64,000 bases of DNA from Sulfuricurvum sp. (GCF_028688295.1 NZ_JAQTYM010000004.1:643-64642), one strand, 5' to 3'; shown: positions 35,714 to 45,793, counted from the first letter of the stretch. Notes: a model not told the origin generated them from the letters alone. Numbers and translations are program-made.

Positions 35714-38218
35714 TTAAAGTTGTAATGTCCGCTCCTTAACTTTTTGTTCAAGCGTAGCATTAAGTTCTTTGATCATTTCTTCTTTTTGTCTTCGTTCAGT
35801 AATGTCTTGTACTGTACCGATAGACAACACAGGATTTCCATCCGCATCATATTGAGTTTCACAACTCTCTAAAACATATTTGATGCGACCGTCGATCACT
35901 ATCCTATGGATGATTTCGAATGGCAGTTTTGTTTTTAGCGATTCCTCAAATACTTTATTCACGATTTCCCTATCATCAGGATGGACAGAATCATAAAATA
36001 TTGTATGCAACTCACCTTTTTGTTCTGGGTCAATCTCAAATATCCGATATGTCTCATTCGACCATGTCAGTTTTTGACTTGGAAGTTCTAATTCCCAACT
36101 GCCAATTTTAGCAATTTTTTGCGCCTCATTGAGACTTTTTTCGCTTTGCGTTAGTTGCTCTTCGATTTTTTTGCGCTCGGTGATATCACGGGAGAGGGCA
36201 ATGTAGTTACCGCTTGTTTTTTTCTTGGATACGGAGAGTTCAAACCACCGTTTCCCCTCAGAAAGATTGAGACTGTAGGTTTTGCCTAGAGAGAATCCTT
36301 TTTCATCCACCTCCCTCATCGCTTGAAATGAGATGATGACGACGTCCGGCGGAAGTATTTCTTGGAATTTTTTTCCAAGAAGTATCTCTTTTTGGGCTGC
36401 CAGCATTGCTTCATCCTGTGCCCATATACCGACGTAGGTCCCATCGGGTGCAATTTCGAACAGCAGATCAGGGATGGCTCCGATAATACCTTCGATAAAC
36501 TCAAGTGCATTTTGGAGTTCTTCCGTACGTTCATTTACCCGTTTTTCAAGTGATAGATTGAGATTTCGGATTGCTTCTTCAGCTTTTTTACGTTCGGTGA
36601 TGTTACGGGAAATGTTGAGGCTATAGCTGTGCCCTTTATATATGAAAAAATTGGCATTAACCTCTGCTGGGAAGATCGACCCATCTTTATGGCGGTGTCG
36701 GGTTTCAATCAAAAGGGATTTCTCTCTTTTGAGATGCTCTAATGACTCTTTGTATCGCTCTTGTGACCAATCAGGATCGATATCTGAGACCCCCATGGTG
36801 AGCAGCTCTTCACGCGTATAACCAAGTTTATTGCATGCTGAGGTGTTAACGAACGTCATCATCCCCTCTTCATCCGTCATAAATACGGCTTCGGCGATAT
36901 GTTCGAGGGCGAATTTTTTCAGCTGTAGCCGTTCTTCGGCCACTTTTTTCTCGGTTAAATCCCAAACATTTGCGATATGATAGAGTATGTCCCCCTCATC
37001 GTCTTTGATTACAATGAGCTCTACCGAGACGGGAAACGTCGTACCGTCTTTACGTTTGTGTACCGCTTCAAAAGCTATATATCCTTTGTCAAAAGCCTCT
37101 TTTTGAATGATTGGGAATATTTTGAGAGAATCGGTGCTAAAAAGGTCAGGAACGCTGATGTGACTAAGTTCTTGCTTTGTATACCCGTATAAATTATGAA
37201 ATGCGGCATTGGTAAGTTCAAACGTATTACTTGTTCCAACATGCATTGCGATCCCCCAATGTGCCATTTTAAAGATATCGGCCCATTTTTTGAGAGCTTT
37301 TTCAATCTCTTCAAGTTCGATAACTTTTCGGGAGAGCTGATTGATCCGATTCAAAGAGAGCTTTTCATCGAGAGTTACAATATCACTATAATGATCTCCG
37401 TATTCGGAATAGGGTATCTCGATGGTAAAACAGGCTCCCCCATTTTTATTGTTAACCGATATTTTTCCGCCGAATCGCTGCTCTATGATTTTTTTGGTCA
37501 TAAAAAGTCCCAGACCCGAACCCGATTCTTTGGTCGTAATGTGCAGATCAAAAACCATATCGATCGGTTTTAGACGGATACCTCCGGCATTATCGGAGAC
37601 GGTGAGTATACAGGTTTGATTTTTCTCACTTACATGGACGGTAATGGTGGGAGTTTCGATCGAAGAATTGTCAAACGCATCTTTGGCGTTGAGGATGAGG
37701 TTGAGCATCGAGTGGGTAAACTCGTTAGCATTTCCATGAATCGTCGGATTGATCTCCAAATCAAAATTCAGGGTAATATTGCTATTTTCAAACGAATATT
37801 CGGTGATTTTGCGAACTTTGTCCAACTCATCGGCAATGGAGAAACGCATAGTCGCATTATTTCGCTGTGACAAAAAGCTGTAAAACGTATCGATGGTTTC
37901 AGCCAAATGCTGTAGCAGTTTAAAGCTGGTTTCAACCGAGTTTAAAAGTTTCTCTTTGGAGATTTCACCTTGAAAAATGAGGGAGGCTTTGATAGAGTTT
38001 TGAATTGCACTGATGGCATTAAGCGGCTGTTTCCACTGATGGGCGATATCCCCTACCGTCTCCCCCATCGAAGTGTAGCGCGATTTTAGAAAGAGGATTT
38101 TAGCCTCTTCTTTGGTTTCATTGAGGAGAGCATCACGCTCTTTTTGCAGGGATTTTACTTTGTACGCAAGAAAAATACTCATACAAGAGGTAATCGCCAA
38201 TAAAGTATAAAGCACCAT
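35714..38218 (-). CDS. Histidine kinase with inverted architecture (TM-HisKA-HATPase followed by four PAS domains); C-terminus appears truncated
   Basis: IAHQWKQPLN, NLILNAKDA, DNAGG, GSGLGL all lie in the first ~270 aa, then four PAS/PAC units; ends in the linker helix LEQKVKERTLQL*. Confidence 0.85.
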   Translation of the reverse strand: MVLYTLLAITSCMSIFLAYKVKSLQKERDALLNETKEEAKILFLKSRYTSMGETVGDIAHQWKQPLNAISAIQNSIKASLIFQGEISKEKLLNSVETSFKLLQHLAETIDTFYSFLSQRNNATMRFSIADELDKVRKITEYSFENSNITLNFDLEINPTIHGNANEFTHSMLNLILNAKDAFDNSSIETPTITVHVSEKNQTCILTVSDNAGGIRLKPIDMVFDLHITTKESGSGLGLFMTKKIIEQRFGGKISVNNKNGGACFTIEIPYSEYGDHYSDIVTLDEKLSLNRINQLSRKVIELEEIEKALKKWADIFKMAHWGIAMHVGTSNTFELTNAAFHNLYGYTKQELSHISVPDLFSTDSLKIFPIIQKEAFDKGYIAFEAVHKRKDGTTFPVSVELIVIKDDEGDILYHIANVWDLTEKKVAEERLQLKKFALEHIAEAVFMTDEEGMMTFVNTSACNKLGYTREELLTMGVSDIDPDWSQERYKESLEHLKREKSLLIETRHRHKDGSIFPAEVNANFFIYKGHSYSLNISRNITERKKAEEAIRNLNLSLEKRVNERTEELQNALEFIEGIIGAIPDLLFEIAPDGTYVGIWAQDEAMLAAQKEILLGKKFQEILPPDVVIISFQAMREVDEKGFSLGKTYSLNLSEGKRWFELSVSKKKTSGNYIALSRDITERKKIEEQLTQSEKSLNEAQKIAKIGSWELELPSQKLTWSNETYRIFEIDPEQKGELHTIFYDSVHPDDREIVNKVFEESLKTKLPFEIIHRIVIDGRIKYVLESCETQYDADGNPVLSIGTVQDITERRQKEEMIKELNATLEQKVKERTLQL

Positions 38219-38220
38219 TT

Positions 38221-38919
38221 TTAGCGTGCACTTTCACGTGTATCGAGACGATACCCAATTCCTCGAACAGAGATAATAATATCAATCCCCAGTTTTTTAC
38301 GAAGACGTAAAACGATATTTTTAATGGCAGATTCACAGATAGAATCGAGTGGCCAGAGAGATTTGCCTATTTCATCTTTGGTGACAGTTTTATAACGATT
38401 TTTCATCAGAAGCGAGAGAAACTCTTGTTCTTTAACCCCTAGCGGAACGATTTTACCACGCTTGTAAAGCTCTTGTGTTGCAGAGTTATAATAGAGATTT
38501 TTACCAAGAACAATTAATCCACCTGTTTTATGTGTCCTTTGAATTGCTGTGCATATGGTAGAGGTTAATTTTTCAAGTTCTACCGGTTTGACCAAATATC
38601 CATCAATGGATAGATTTGCGGCACTGTAAAGCAACTCCTGTTCGGCAAAACTGGTGAGTAAAATAATCGGGATAGTGTAGTCATTTTGACGAATTCTTCG
38701 GATTAGACTCAAACCATCTTGTTTAGGCATTTTGATATCGCTAATGAGAATATCGGGTGTTTCGTCTTCGTATATGCTATAAGCCTCGTCACCATCAGAA
38801 GCTGTATATACTGTTCCAAAGATCATCTCTAAGATTTCTGTCATTTGGATTCGGCTTATCGTATCATCTTCAGCGAAAAGGACACTTTTTTCTTTGAGTA
38901 TGAACATATTCTGTATCAT
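38221..38919 (-). CDS. OmpR-family response regulator
   Basis: FAEDD, ISDIKMP (phospho-Asp intact), YLVKPV, winged helix LRLRKKLG...RGIGYRL. Start moved from the track's 39060 to ATG 38919 after AAGG. Confidence 0.9.
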   Translation of the reverse strand: MIQNMFILKEKSVLFAEDDTISRIQMTEILEMIFGTVYTASDGDEAYSIYEDETPDILISDIKMPKQDGLSLIRRIRQNDYTIPIILLTSFAEQELLYSAANLSIDGYLVKPVELEKLTSTICTAIQRTHKTGGLIVLGKNLYYNSATQELYKRGKIVPLGVKEQEFLSLLMKNRYKTVTKDEIGKSLWPLDSICESAIKNIVLRLRKKLGIDIIISVRGIGYRLDTRESAR

Positions 38920-38987
38920 TAATATCATCCTTGTTTTGCGCTTAGTACACTTAATATATTGTATTGTTTTTTTTCGTTCCATAATAT

Positions 38988-39030
38988 AGTCATATTTTAC
39001 CATCAAAACAGTCATAAAATGGTCACGTCT
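38988..39030. promoter_or_regulatory. RGTCAY boxes upstream of the response regulator
   Basis: AGTCAT at 38988, AGTCAT at 39010 and GGTCAC at 39021 (22- and 11-bp spacing). Confidence 0.55.
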
Positions 39031-39168
39031 ATCGGTGTTTATGTTATGAAGCATTATCAAAAATATTTATTATTGAATATATCACAGCACAAAGTATACG
39101 TTTTAAAGTATAAAGCTTATTTTTCCATCGTTCCCGCTAAATGTATCAGAGCTAAAACCCATATAAAA

Positions 39169-39189
39169 AGTCATATATTAGTCATATAT
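39169..39189. promoter_or_regulatory. RGTCAY direct repeat upstream of the PAS-MCP operon
   Basis: Perfect AGTCATATAT repeat at 39169 and 39180. Confidence 0.58.
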
Positions 39190-39261
39190 CTATAGTATAT
39201 TATGACCTTATCGAGTCTATGAAAACAGTATGATGCGCCCAATAATTTACGAAAGATAAAC

Positions 39262-39648
39262 ATGAACCAAGAATATCTACTGCACGAAAGTGACTTTTTA
39301 GTATCTGAGACTGATGAACAAGGGATAATACTTTTTGCGAACGATGATTTTTGTAAAGTTGCCGGTTATTCTCTAGACGAACTTATCGCTCAACCGCATA
39401 GTATAGTACGTCATCCCGATATGCCAAAAACTGCATTTAAAGATTTATGGGAAACCATCAAACGGGGTGAAACATGGAGCGGATATGTGAAAAACCGCAC
39501 TAAAAATGGTGATTTCTATTGGGTGTTTGCGATGGTATATGCGATACGCAGTGGTAACAATAATGAACTAACATACATCTCGTGCCGGAGAAGACCGAGC
39601 AGGGAAGAGATCAACAATGCTTCAGAACTCTATCAAACAATGTATTAA
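39262..39648 (+). CDS. Stand-alone Aer-type PAS protein (CetB-like)
   Basis: LVSETDEQGIILFANDDF, PHSIVRHPDMPKTAFKDLWETI, KNRTKNGDFYWV (FAD-binding Aer PAS signature). Confidence 0.88.
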   Translation: MNQEYLLHESDFLVSETDEQGIILFANDDFCKVAGYSLDELIAQPHSIVRHPDMPKTAFKDLWETIKRGETWSGYVKNRTKNGDFYWVFAMVYAIRSGNNNELTYISCRRRPSREEINNASELYQTMY

Positions 39649-39662
39649 TCAAAAGGTAATTT

Positions 39663-40763
39663 ATGAAACGATATACAGAATCAGCCGTGTTAATATTATT
39701 GTCTATTTTTGCACTAATCTTTTGGAGTATGACAAATAGTACATTAGGGGGGATGGCGATTACAGTACTGCTCACAGTAACAAGTCTATGGATGATTAAC
39801 CGTAAAATACCGCAAGATGAAACCTATATTAGAAATCGCTTAGATGCGTTTAGAGAGCTGATCGAGAACAAACGGACTAAAGTCCCCCTCACTGATGCAG
39901 ATAAATACAGTACTGATGGACAATTAAACACCATCATACAAACACATGAGAGTGCGTTAATAACTGACACAAAAGTTGCGGGAGAGATGGTGTTGCTCGC
40001 GGATAAGGTAAAGCGGGGATATTATGATAATCGTGTTATAACGAATTCCAAAACTCCCCATATCCATTTATTAAAAAAGACGATGAATACGATGCTTGAT
40101 TCAATCGAATCGAGCATCGATGATATGATGAGTGTGTTAAAAGAGCTTACAAACGGTAATTACGAAACACGAGCCAATATTGCAGTAGAGGGAAAAATGG
40201 GAGTTCTACTCGAAGAGGTCAATGAACTCGGAAATGCCTTATACGCAATGCAACAGCAAAGTAACGAATCGACTCAGAGGTTAAATAATAAAACGCAAGA
40301 GTTTAAAGTGATGCGTGATACCAAATTCGTCGAACTCAACAAAATGATCGAATCGACGGTTTACAAGATTCAAAATGTTGCTGATGAAGAGCATCATCTC
40401 GCGGATAATTTACTAACTTTGGTCGGGAACGCACGAGAAACAAAAGAGATTTTAGTCACCATCGGTGATATTGCCGAACAAACTAATCTCCTCGCACTCA
40501 ACGCCGCGATCGAAGCAGCACGTGCAGGTGAACACGGTAGGGGATTTGCGGTCGTTGCTGATGAAGTACGTAAGCTCGCCGAGAGAACACAAAAAAGTTT
40601 AGCCGAGAGTTCCGCCACCATCAATGTACTTATCCAAGCGATTAGTGACAATAGTGACATACTCAACAAAAATATGAAAGAGATGAACTTATTAACTCAC
40701 TATGTTACAAATCTCGACACACAAATGCATGAGCTGATGAGTGCCATGGATAGTATGCATTAA
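39663..40763 (+). CDS. Methyl-accepting chemotaxis protein (CetA-like partner)
   Basis: Two short N-terminal TM helices with no periplasmic domain; [38 protein letters not shown]. Confidence 0.88.
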   Translation: MKRYTESAVLILLSIFALIFWSMTNSTLGGMAITVLLTVTSLWMINRKIPQDETYIRNRLDAFRELIENKRTKVPLTDADKYSTDGQLNTIIQTHESALITDTKVAGEMVLLADKVKRGYYDNRVITNSKTPHIHLLKKTMNTMLDSIESSIDDMMSVLKELTNGNYETRANIAVEGKMGVLLEEVNELGNALYAMQQQSNESTQRLNNKTQEFKVMRDTKFVELNKMIESTVYKIQNVADEEHHLADNLLTLVGNARETKEILVTIGDIAEQTNLLALNAAIEAARAGEHGRGFAVVADEVRKLAERTQKSLAESSATINVLIQAISDNSDILNKNMKEMNLLTHYVTNLDTQMHELMSAMDSMH

Positions 40764-40772
40764 TCCCCAGCG

Positions 40773-41855
40773 TTAGTTTCTATCGATCGCGTTTAGATCA
40801 TTGAACGCTACTTTTACTCGATTCACCAATGTTTTTTGTCCGGCTTGGAGCCATTTGCGTGGATCGTAGTATTTTTTATTTGGTTTCTCTTCACCCTCTG
40901 GATTTCCGATTTGTCCTTGTAGGTAATCTTTGTATTTTTCATAGTAATCTTTTACCCCTTCCCATGTTGCCCATTGTGTATCAGTGTCGATATTCATTTT
41001 GATAACACCATAGCTGATTGCTTCACGGATCTCTTCGAGAGTTGAACCTGAACCGCCGTGGAAAACAAAGTTGACCGGTTTGTCGGAGACGGTAGCAAAT
41101 TTCTCTTTGATGTATTTTTGAGAATTATCGAGAATAATCGGAGTGAGGACAACGTTGCCAGGTTTGTAAACACCATGAACATTTCCAAAGGATGCGGCAA
41201 TGGTAAAGTTTTTACTCACTGCACTCAATCTTTCATACGCGTAAGCTACATCTTCAGGCTGTGTATAGAGTAGCGCGTTATCGATATTGGTATTATCCAC
41301 ACCGTCTTCTTCTCCTCCTGTGACACCAAGTTCGATTTCAAGTGTCATCCCTATTTTGTCCATACGCTTCATGTACTCAACGCAGGTTGCCACGTTTTCT
41401 TCCAACGACTCTTCTGAGAGGTCGAGCATGTGCGAACTAAAGAGGGGTTTACCGTGCTGTGCAAAATGTTTTTCACCTGCATCAAGCAGAGCATCAATCC
41501 ATGGAAGAAGGTGGCGCGCCGCATGGTCAGTATGCAAAATAACAGGGAGACCGTAGGCTTCTGCCATCATGTGGGTATGAATCGCTCCACTGATTGCTCC
41601 GGCAATGGCGGCTTTTTCATTTTCGTTGCTTAACCCTTTACCTGCATAGTAGCTGGCACCACCGTTTGAAAACTGAATAATTACGGGAGAATTAACCAAT
41701 TTAGCAGCTTCAAGGACAGCATTGATAGAATCTGTTCCGACAACATTGACGGCTGGCAATGCAAAACCTTCCGCTTTGGCAATCTCAAATAGTTTTTGAA
41801 CATCATCACCAAATATGACACCGGGTTTCATCTCTTCTAAAATACGTTTGGACAT
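40773..41855 (-). CDS. fbaA: Class II fructose-bisphosphate aldolase
   Basis: VILHTDHA, HMLDLSEE, EIELGVTGGEEDG, FGNVHGVY, FHGGSGS, KMNIDTD. Confidence 0.96.
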   Translation of the reverse strand: MSKRILEEMKPGVIFGDDVQKLFEIAKAEGFALPAVNVVGTDSINAVLEAAKLVNSPVIIQFSNGGASYYAGKGLSNENEKAAIAGAISGAIHTHMMAEAYGLPVILHTDHAARHLLPWIDALLDAGEKHFAQHGKPLFSSHMLDLSEESLEENVATCVEYMKRMDKIGMTLEIELGVTGGEEDGVDNTNIDNALLYTQPEDVAYAYERLSAVSKNFTIAASFGNVHGVYKPGNVVLTPIILDNSQKYIKEKFATVSDKPVNFVFHGGSGSTLEEIREAISYGVIKMNIDTDTQWATWEGVKDYYEKYKDYLQGQIGNPEGEEKPNKKYYDPRKWLQAGQKTLVNRVKVAFNDLNAIDRN

Positions 41856-41928
41856 TCTTTACCCCACAGTTAAAATTGACGATATTATACTCTTAGAGCA
41901 ATAATGATAGAATTAAAAAAAAACGGAG

Positions 41929-43308
41929 TTGATGTTGAGGCGTTTAGGTTTCTTCCTTTTTTTTCTTACACACTCACTTTTAGCTACGTCGACCCCCTTA
42001 TTATTTGGGACATTAGCGGAACCACTGCAAAAAAGTATTATTCCCGTTGAAAGGTTAAGCCGCACGCAGGCTATGGCTTCAAATCAAGTTTTATTGAAAA
42101 GTTTTTTGAATAGTGTGGAAGGAACGTTAAGCGTCGGAAAAGAGCTAAACAGTGGAAAAGAGGTCGATAAAGAATTATTGAGTAGTTACCTTAAAGAGTT
42201 ACGACTTCTCTCGCAAACGAAAGAATCAATAGATACACTGTATCGTAAATCTTTAAATACGGCGATAGCCAAAAGCGATAAAAAAAGCTTTGAAGATTTG
42301 ATTTCAGTTCAACTCGATCCTCTGCATCATCCCCGTGTCCGTGCAGAGGTAATTGCTTTTTATCGCGAAAATTATCCTCATCAATCGATAAAAAGTATTG
42401 AAGTGTTATGTGACGAACAAGTATTAGAGCAAAAAAGTATTCAGGTGGCGATTGAACAAGAACAAGCCTATGAAGAGCATTTACGCATTTTGAAACGCTC
42501 CGAAGTTTCTGCAGTTAAAAAAATGGCACAAATTGGTTCACGTAACAGCGTCATCCTAAGTGCTGAGCGTAACGGAGCCGGAGGATTTGAGTTTGAAGCC
42601 GAAAATCTAAATCCTTATACCGTGACAATGAGTATCGATTTTGAATCATTGAGTAATTTAAAGGCTTCGAGCCGACTTCCTTTATTTATTGAAGTTCCGG
42701 GAAGAAGCAAAAAGAGAGTGTTAGAACTTTCTCGAATGTCGTCAGTATCGGGTGTTGATTATCGATCGTCTTATGGGTGGGTAAGAGGGTCGGCATTTGC
42801 AAAGCACCAAGATGACTACCTCTATCGTCTCCCTTTTCTCAGAGGGGCTAATGTACGTGTTTCTCAAGGATATTATGGAGATACCTCGCATAAAGGATTG
42901 TCCGCCTATGCGGTTGATTTTCCGATTCCTGTCGGTACACCGATATATGCAGCGCGTGAGGGGATCGTCGTAGGCTCAGAAGGATCTAATAATGTCGGAG
43001 GGGGGAGTCCCGAATATCGTAAATATGCCAACTATGTTATTCTTGAACACAGTGATGGGACGATGGGAAATTATTACCATTTGAAACAAGGCGGTGCGAT
43101 TGCGGTGATTGGACAAAAGGTTCTAAAAGGTGATCTTATCGGCTATTCGGGTAATACAGGGTATAGCAGTGGCCCCCATTTACATTTTAGTGTGAGTAAA
43201 GTCGATCCGATTTCAATGCGCCGACCGATGAATTTGCCGATTAAAATGGAAACGCTGCAAGGAATTGTCACAAATCCTCGCAAAGGTGACCGATATACGG
43301 TACAATAA
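41929..43308 (+). CDS. M23 family metallopeptidase with large N-terminal region
   Basis: Signal peptide; HKG..AVDF, GTPIYAAREG, YYHL, GYSGNTGYSSGPHLHF. Confidence 0.88.
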   Translation: MMLRRLGFFLFFLTHSLLATSTPLLFGTLAEPLQKSIIPVERLSRTQAMASNQVLLKSFLNSVEGTLSVGKELNSGKEVDKELLSSYLKELRLLSQTKESIDTLYRKSLNTAIAKSDKKSFEDLISVQLDPLHHPRVRAEVIAFYRENYPHQSIKSIEVLCDEQVLEQKSIQVAIEQEQAYEEHLRILKRSEVSAVKKMAQIGSRNSVILSAERNGAGGFEFEAENLNPYTVTMSIDFESLSNLKASSRLPLFIEVPGRSKKRVLELSRMSSVSGVDYRSSYGWVRGSAFAKHQDDYLYRLPFLRGANVRVSQGYYGDTSHKGLSAYAVDFPIPVGTPIYAAREGIVVGSEGSNNVGGGSPEYRKYANYVILEHSDGTMGNYYHLKQGGAIAVIGQKVLKGDLIGYSGNTGYSSGPHLHFSVSKVDPISMRRPMNLPIKMETLQGIVTNPRKGDRYTVQ

Positions 43309-43338
43309 ATCCACAGATTATAACGACGGAGTATATAG

Positions 43339-44925
43339 ATGTTTGATACGGTTAAATCAAAAATTATTTTTACAACATTGCTCTTTAGCTTTTTAGGTTT
43401 AGGGACAATATATTGGTACCTAACGACCAATTTTCATGATTTTTCGAATGAGACGGCAAAACGTTCTCTTAATATGTTGAGCCAATCCATTTTTCAAACC
43501 CTCTCAGGAAGTATGTTGGCGGGTGATCCGGCAGTTGTCGCCGAAGCGATAGCCAATGCGCAAAAAATAGATGGCATTGAAGCGTTAAAAGTAGAAAAAT
43601 CACAAGCGGTAATCGATTTGCTCTCACCTGAATCCAAATTTACCGAAGAACCGCTGATTCGTGAAATTTTTAAAAATAAAATGCCTAAAGTGATTGAAAA
43701 TACTAATGGAACGCACACAATACGTTTATTGCAACCGCTCATTGCTGAGGAACGATGTCTTTCTTGTCATGGTAATGTGCAAACAGGAGATATTTTAGGT
43801 GTTATGGATTTAGTGATTTCGTTAGAAAAAAATGACGATGAGATCAGTAAAACAGAAACGATTTTGTTGATTGCATTGAGTGTTGTCGTCGTCGTTTTTG
43901 TCAGTGTACTTAATATCTTTTTTGGAAGAGAAGTGCTTATTCCGCTTGAGGGGCTTAGAAATAGAATCCGTGCACTGGTAAGCGGTGATAAAGATTTGAC
44001 CAAGCGTCTTGAAGTATCAAAAAAAGATGAGTTCTCACAAGCTGCATTGGCTGTTAATAATTTTGTCTCCATGGTTCAAGAGACGGTCAATGAAGTTAAA
44101 GATTTAGGAAAACAAAACTCGACCATAGCGATGACCATTACCGATGCGACGCGTGCAATTTCAGCTGGAGTAGAACAAGAACGTCTCATCGTCGAAGCAA
44201 CAACACAAAAAAGTCATTCGATTAAAGAGATTCTTTCCGGAGCGATTTCGGTATCAGAACAGACACAACGTAATGTTGCTAATGCAAACGGTGAGCTAGT
44301 TACGGCAAAAGATGCCTTGTACCGTCTTGTCGGCGAGGTAGAAGGGTACATTGAAAACGAACATGAGATGTCTTCGCAGTTGGTATCTCTCCGTCACGAT
44401 GCAGATCAAGTGAAAAGCGTATTAGGTGTTATTAAAGATATTGCCGATCAAACCAACCTATTAGCGCTCAATGCAGCGATTGAAGCAGCGCGTGCAGGTG
44501 AACACGGACGAGGGTTTGCGGTAGTCGCCGATGAGGTACGAAAACTGGCAGAACGGACCCAAAAAAGTTTAACTGAGATCGAAATCAGTGTCGGAACTAT
44601 CGTTCAGGCGATTAATGATGTGAGTGATAGAATGGGTGAAAATGCCCGTAACATGAATGATCTAACCGTTATCTCTAACGAAGTCGAAGAGAAAATATCG
44701 GCAACCTCATCTGAGATGGAACGCTCCGTCTTGGTAGCAGAGAGATCATACAATGACTCGGTTGAAGTGGTGGGTCATATCGAATGGATTATTGATAAAA
44801 TTTCCCAGATTAATGATGTCTCAGAATCAAATCGTCACAGTGTTGAACAGATTGAAAGTGACTCAAAACAATTGCTCGAAGTTGCTAACTCACTTTCAGC
44901 TCGTATTAACGAATTCAAGAGCTAA
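43339..44925 (+). CDS. MCP with periplasmic CxxCH (heme c) sensor domain and HAMP
   Basis: TM - sensor domain with [22 protein letters not shown] - TM - HAMP - MCP signalling hairpin. Confidence 0.88.
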   Translation: MFDTVKSKIIFTTLLFSFLGLGTIYWYLTTNFHDFSNETAKRSLNMLSQSIFQTLSGSMLAGDPAVVAEAIANAQKIDGIEALKVEKSQAVIDLLSPESKFTEEPLIREIFKNKMPKVIENTNGTHTIRLLQPLIAEERCLSCHGNVQTGDILGVMDLVISLEKNDDEISKTETILLIALSVVVVVFVSVLNIFFGREVLIPLEGLRNRIRALVSGDKDLTKRLEVSKKDEFSQAALAVNNFVSMVQETVNEVKDLGKQNSTIAMTITDATRAISAGVEQERLIVEATTQKSHSIKEILSGAISVSEQTQRNVANANGELVTAKDALYRLVGEVEGYIENEHEMSSQLVSLRHDADQVKSVLGVIKDIADQTNLLALNAAIEAARAGEHGRGFAVVADEVRKLAERTQKSLTEIEISVGTIVQAINDVSDRMGENARNMNDLTVISNEVEEKISATSSEMERSVLVAERSYNDSVEVVGHIEWIIDKISQINDVSESNRHSVEQIESDSKQLLEVANSLSARINEFKS

Positions 44926-45223
44926 AAACTCCGAGCCAAAGGGCATCACTAGAGGTTGATAAAACCTGATGCTTGGTGTGAGCAGGGATAAAACAATAAT
45001 CTCCTGCAGACAGAGTCAGCCTCTGCTCATTAACTTCGAGCGAGGCTTCTCCGATTAACAATACTACCCATTCATCTTCTTGCTGATCGTAGATTTCTCC
45101 GGGTGCTTTGAGCCATGAGCGGATTGATTCTATTTTGAGTGTTTTGTTTTGAAAAAGAGGGGTAAAGATTTCACTGTTGGAAACTGGAGTTTCAGTGCGA
45201 TAAAGGTTGTTTAGAGTGATCAA
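44915..45223 (-). CDS. Cupin-domain protein
   Basis: [25 protein letters not shown]. Confidence 0.8.
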   Translation of the reverse strand: MITLNNLYRTETPVSNSEIFTPLFQNKTLKIESIRSWLKAPGEIYDQQEDEWVVLLIGEASLEVNEQRLTLSAGDYCFIPAHTKHQVLSTSSDALWLGVFSS

Positions 45224-45285
45224 GAAAGTCTCCTAAGTTAACGCGTGATATGATGTCACCATTATAAACCAACATCAGAGAATTT

Positions 45286-45792
45286 ATGAAAAACGTTGTC
45301 TTAATCGGTTTTATGGGGGTCGGTAAAGGCTCGGTAGCACGTGAGATTGTGAAACAATCCAATTTGGTTGCTCTGGATACAGATGATATCATCGAGAGTA
45401 TGGAAAACCGCCGCATCAAAAAAATCTTTGCCGAAGAGGGCGAAGAGTATTTTCGTGAGTTAGAACGCAAAGTTGCTCAGTGGCTCCAAAAAGAGGTCAG
45501 AGGAACATTAATCTCTACCGGAGGCGGTTTTTTTAAAGTACCGAATTTGAAAAAAATCGGTACGGTTATTTATCTTTCAGCTCCGTTTGAGACGATACAT
45601 AATCGCATTTTAGCTCATCCTGATGCTGCAAAAAAATTACGCAAACGCCCTTTGTTTCAAGATATCGATAAAGCGATCAAACTGTATGATGAACGCTCTG
45701 CTATGTATAAGAAAGTGGCGGACATTGTTATTGATGTGAGTAATAAAGATATTCCTGACATCGCCAAAGAGATTTTAAAAAAGGTGAAATGA
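45286..45792 (+). CDS. aroK: Shikimate kinase
   Basis: LIGFMGVGKGS, DTD, GEEYFRELE, ISTGGG, RPL. Confidence 0.93.
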   Translation: MKNVVLIGFMGVGKGSVAREIVKQSNLVALDTDDIIESMENRRIKKIFAEEGEEYFRELERKVAQWLQKEVRGTLISTGGGFFKVPNLKKIGTVIYLSAPFETIHNRILAHPDAAKKLRKRPLFQDIDKAIKLYDERSAMYKKVADIVIDVSNKDIPDIAKEILKKVK

Positions 45793-45793
45793 G

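Noticed and set aside
10191-39060. Long N-terminal extensions in the track for holB (10191), pyk (24029), cmoA (25661), the PPIase (31287) and the response regulator (39060)
   Set aside because: They overlap upstream genes or promoter DNA; downstream in-frame ATGs match family N-termini, usually with an SD sequence.
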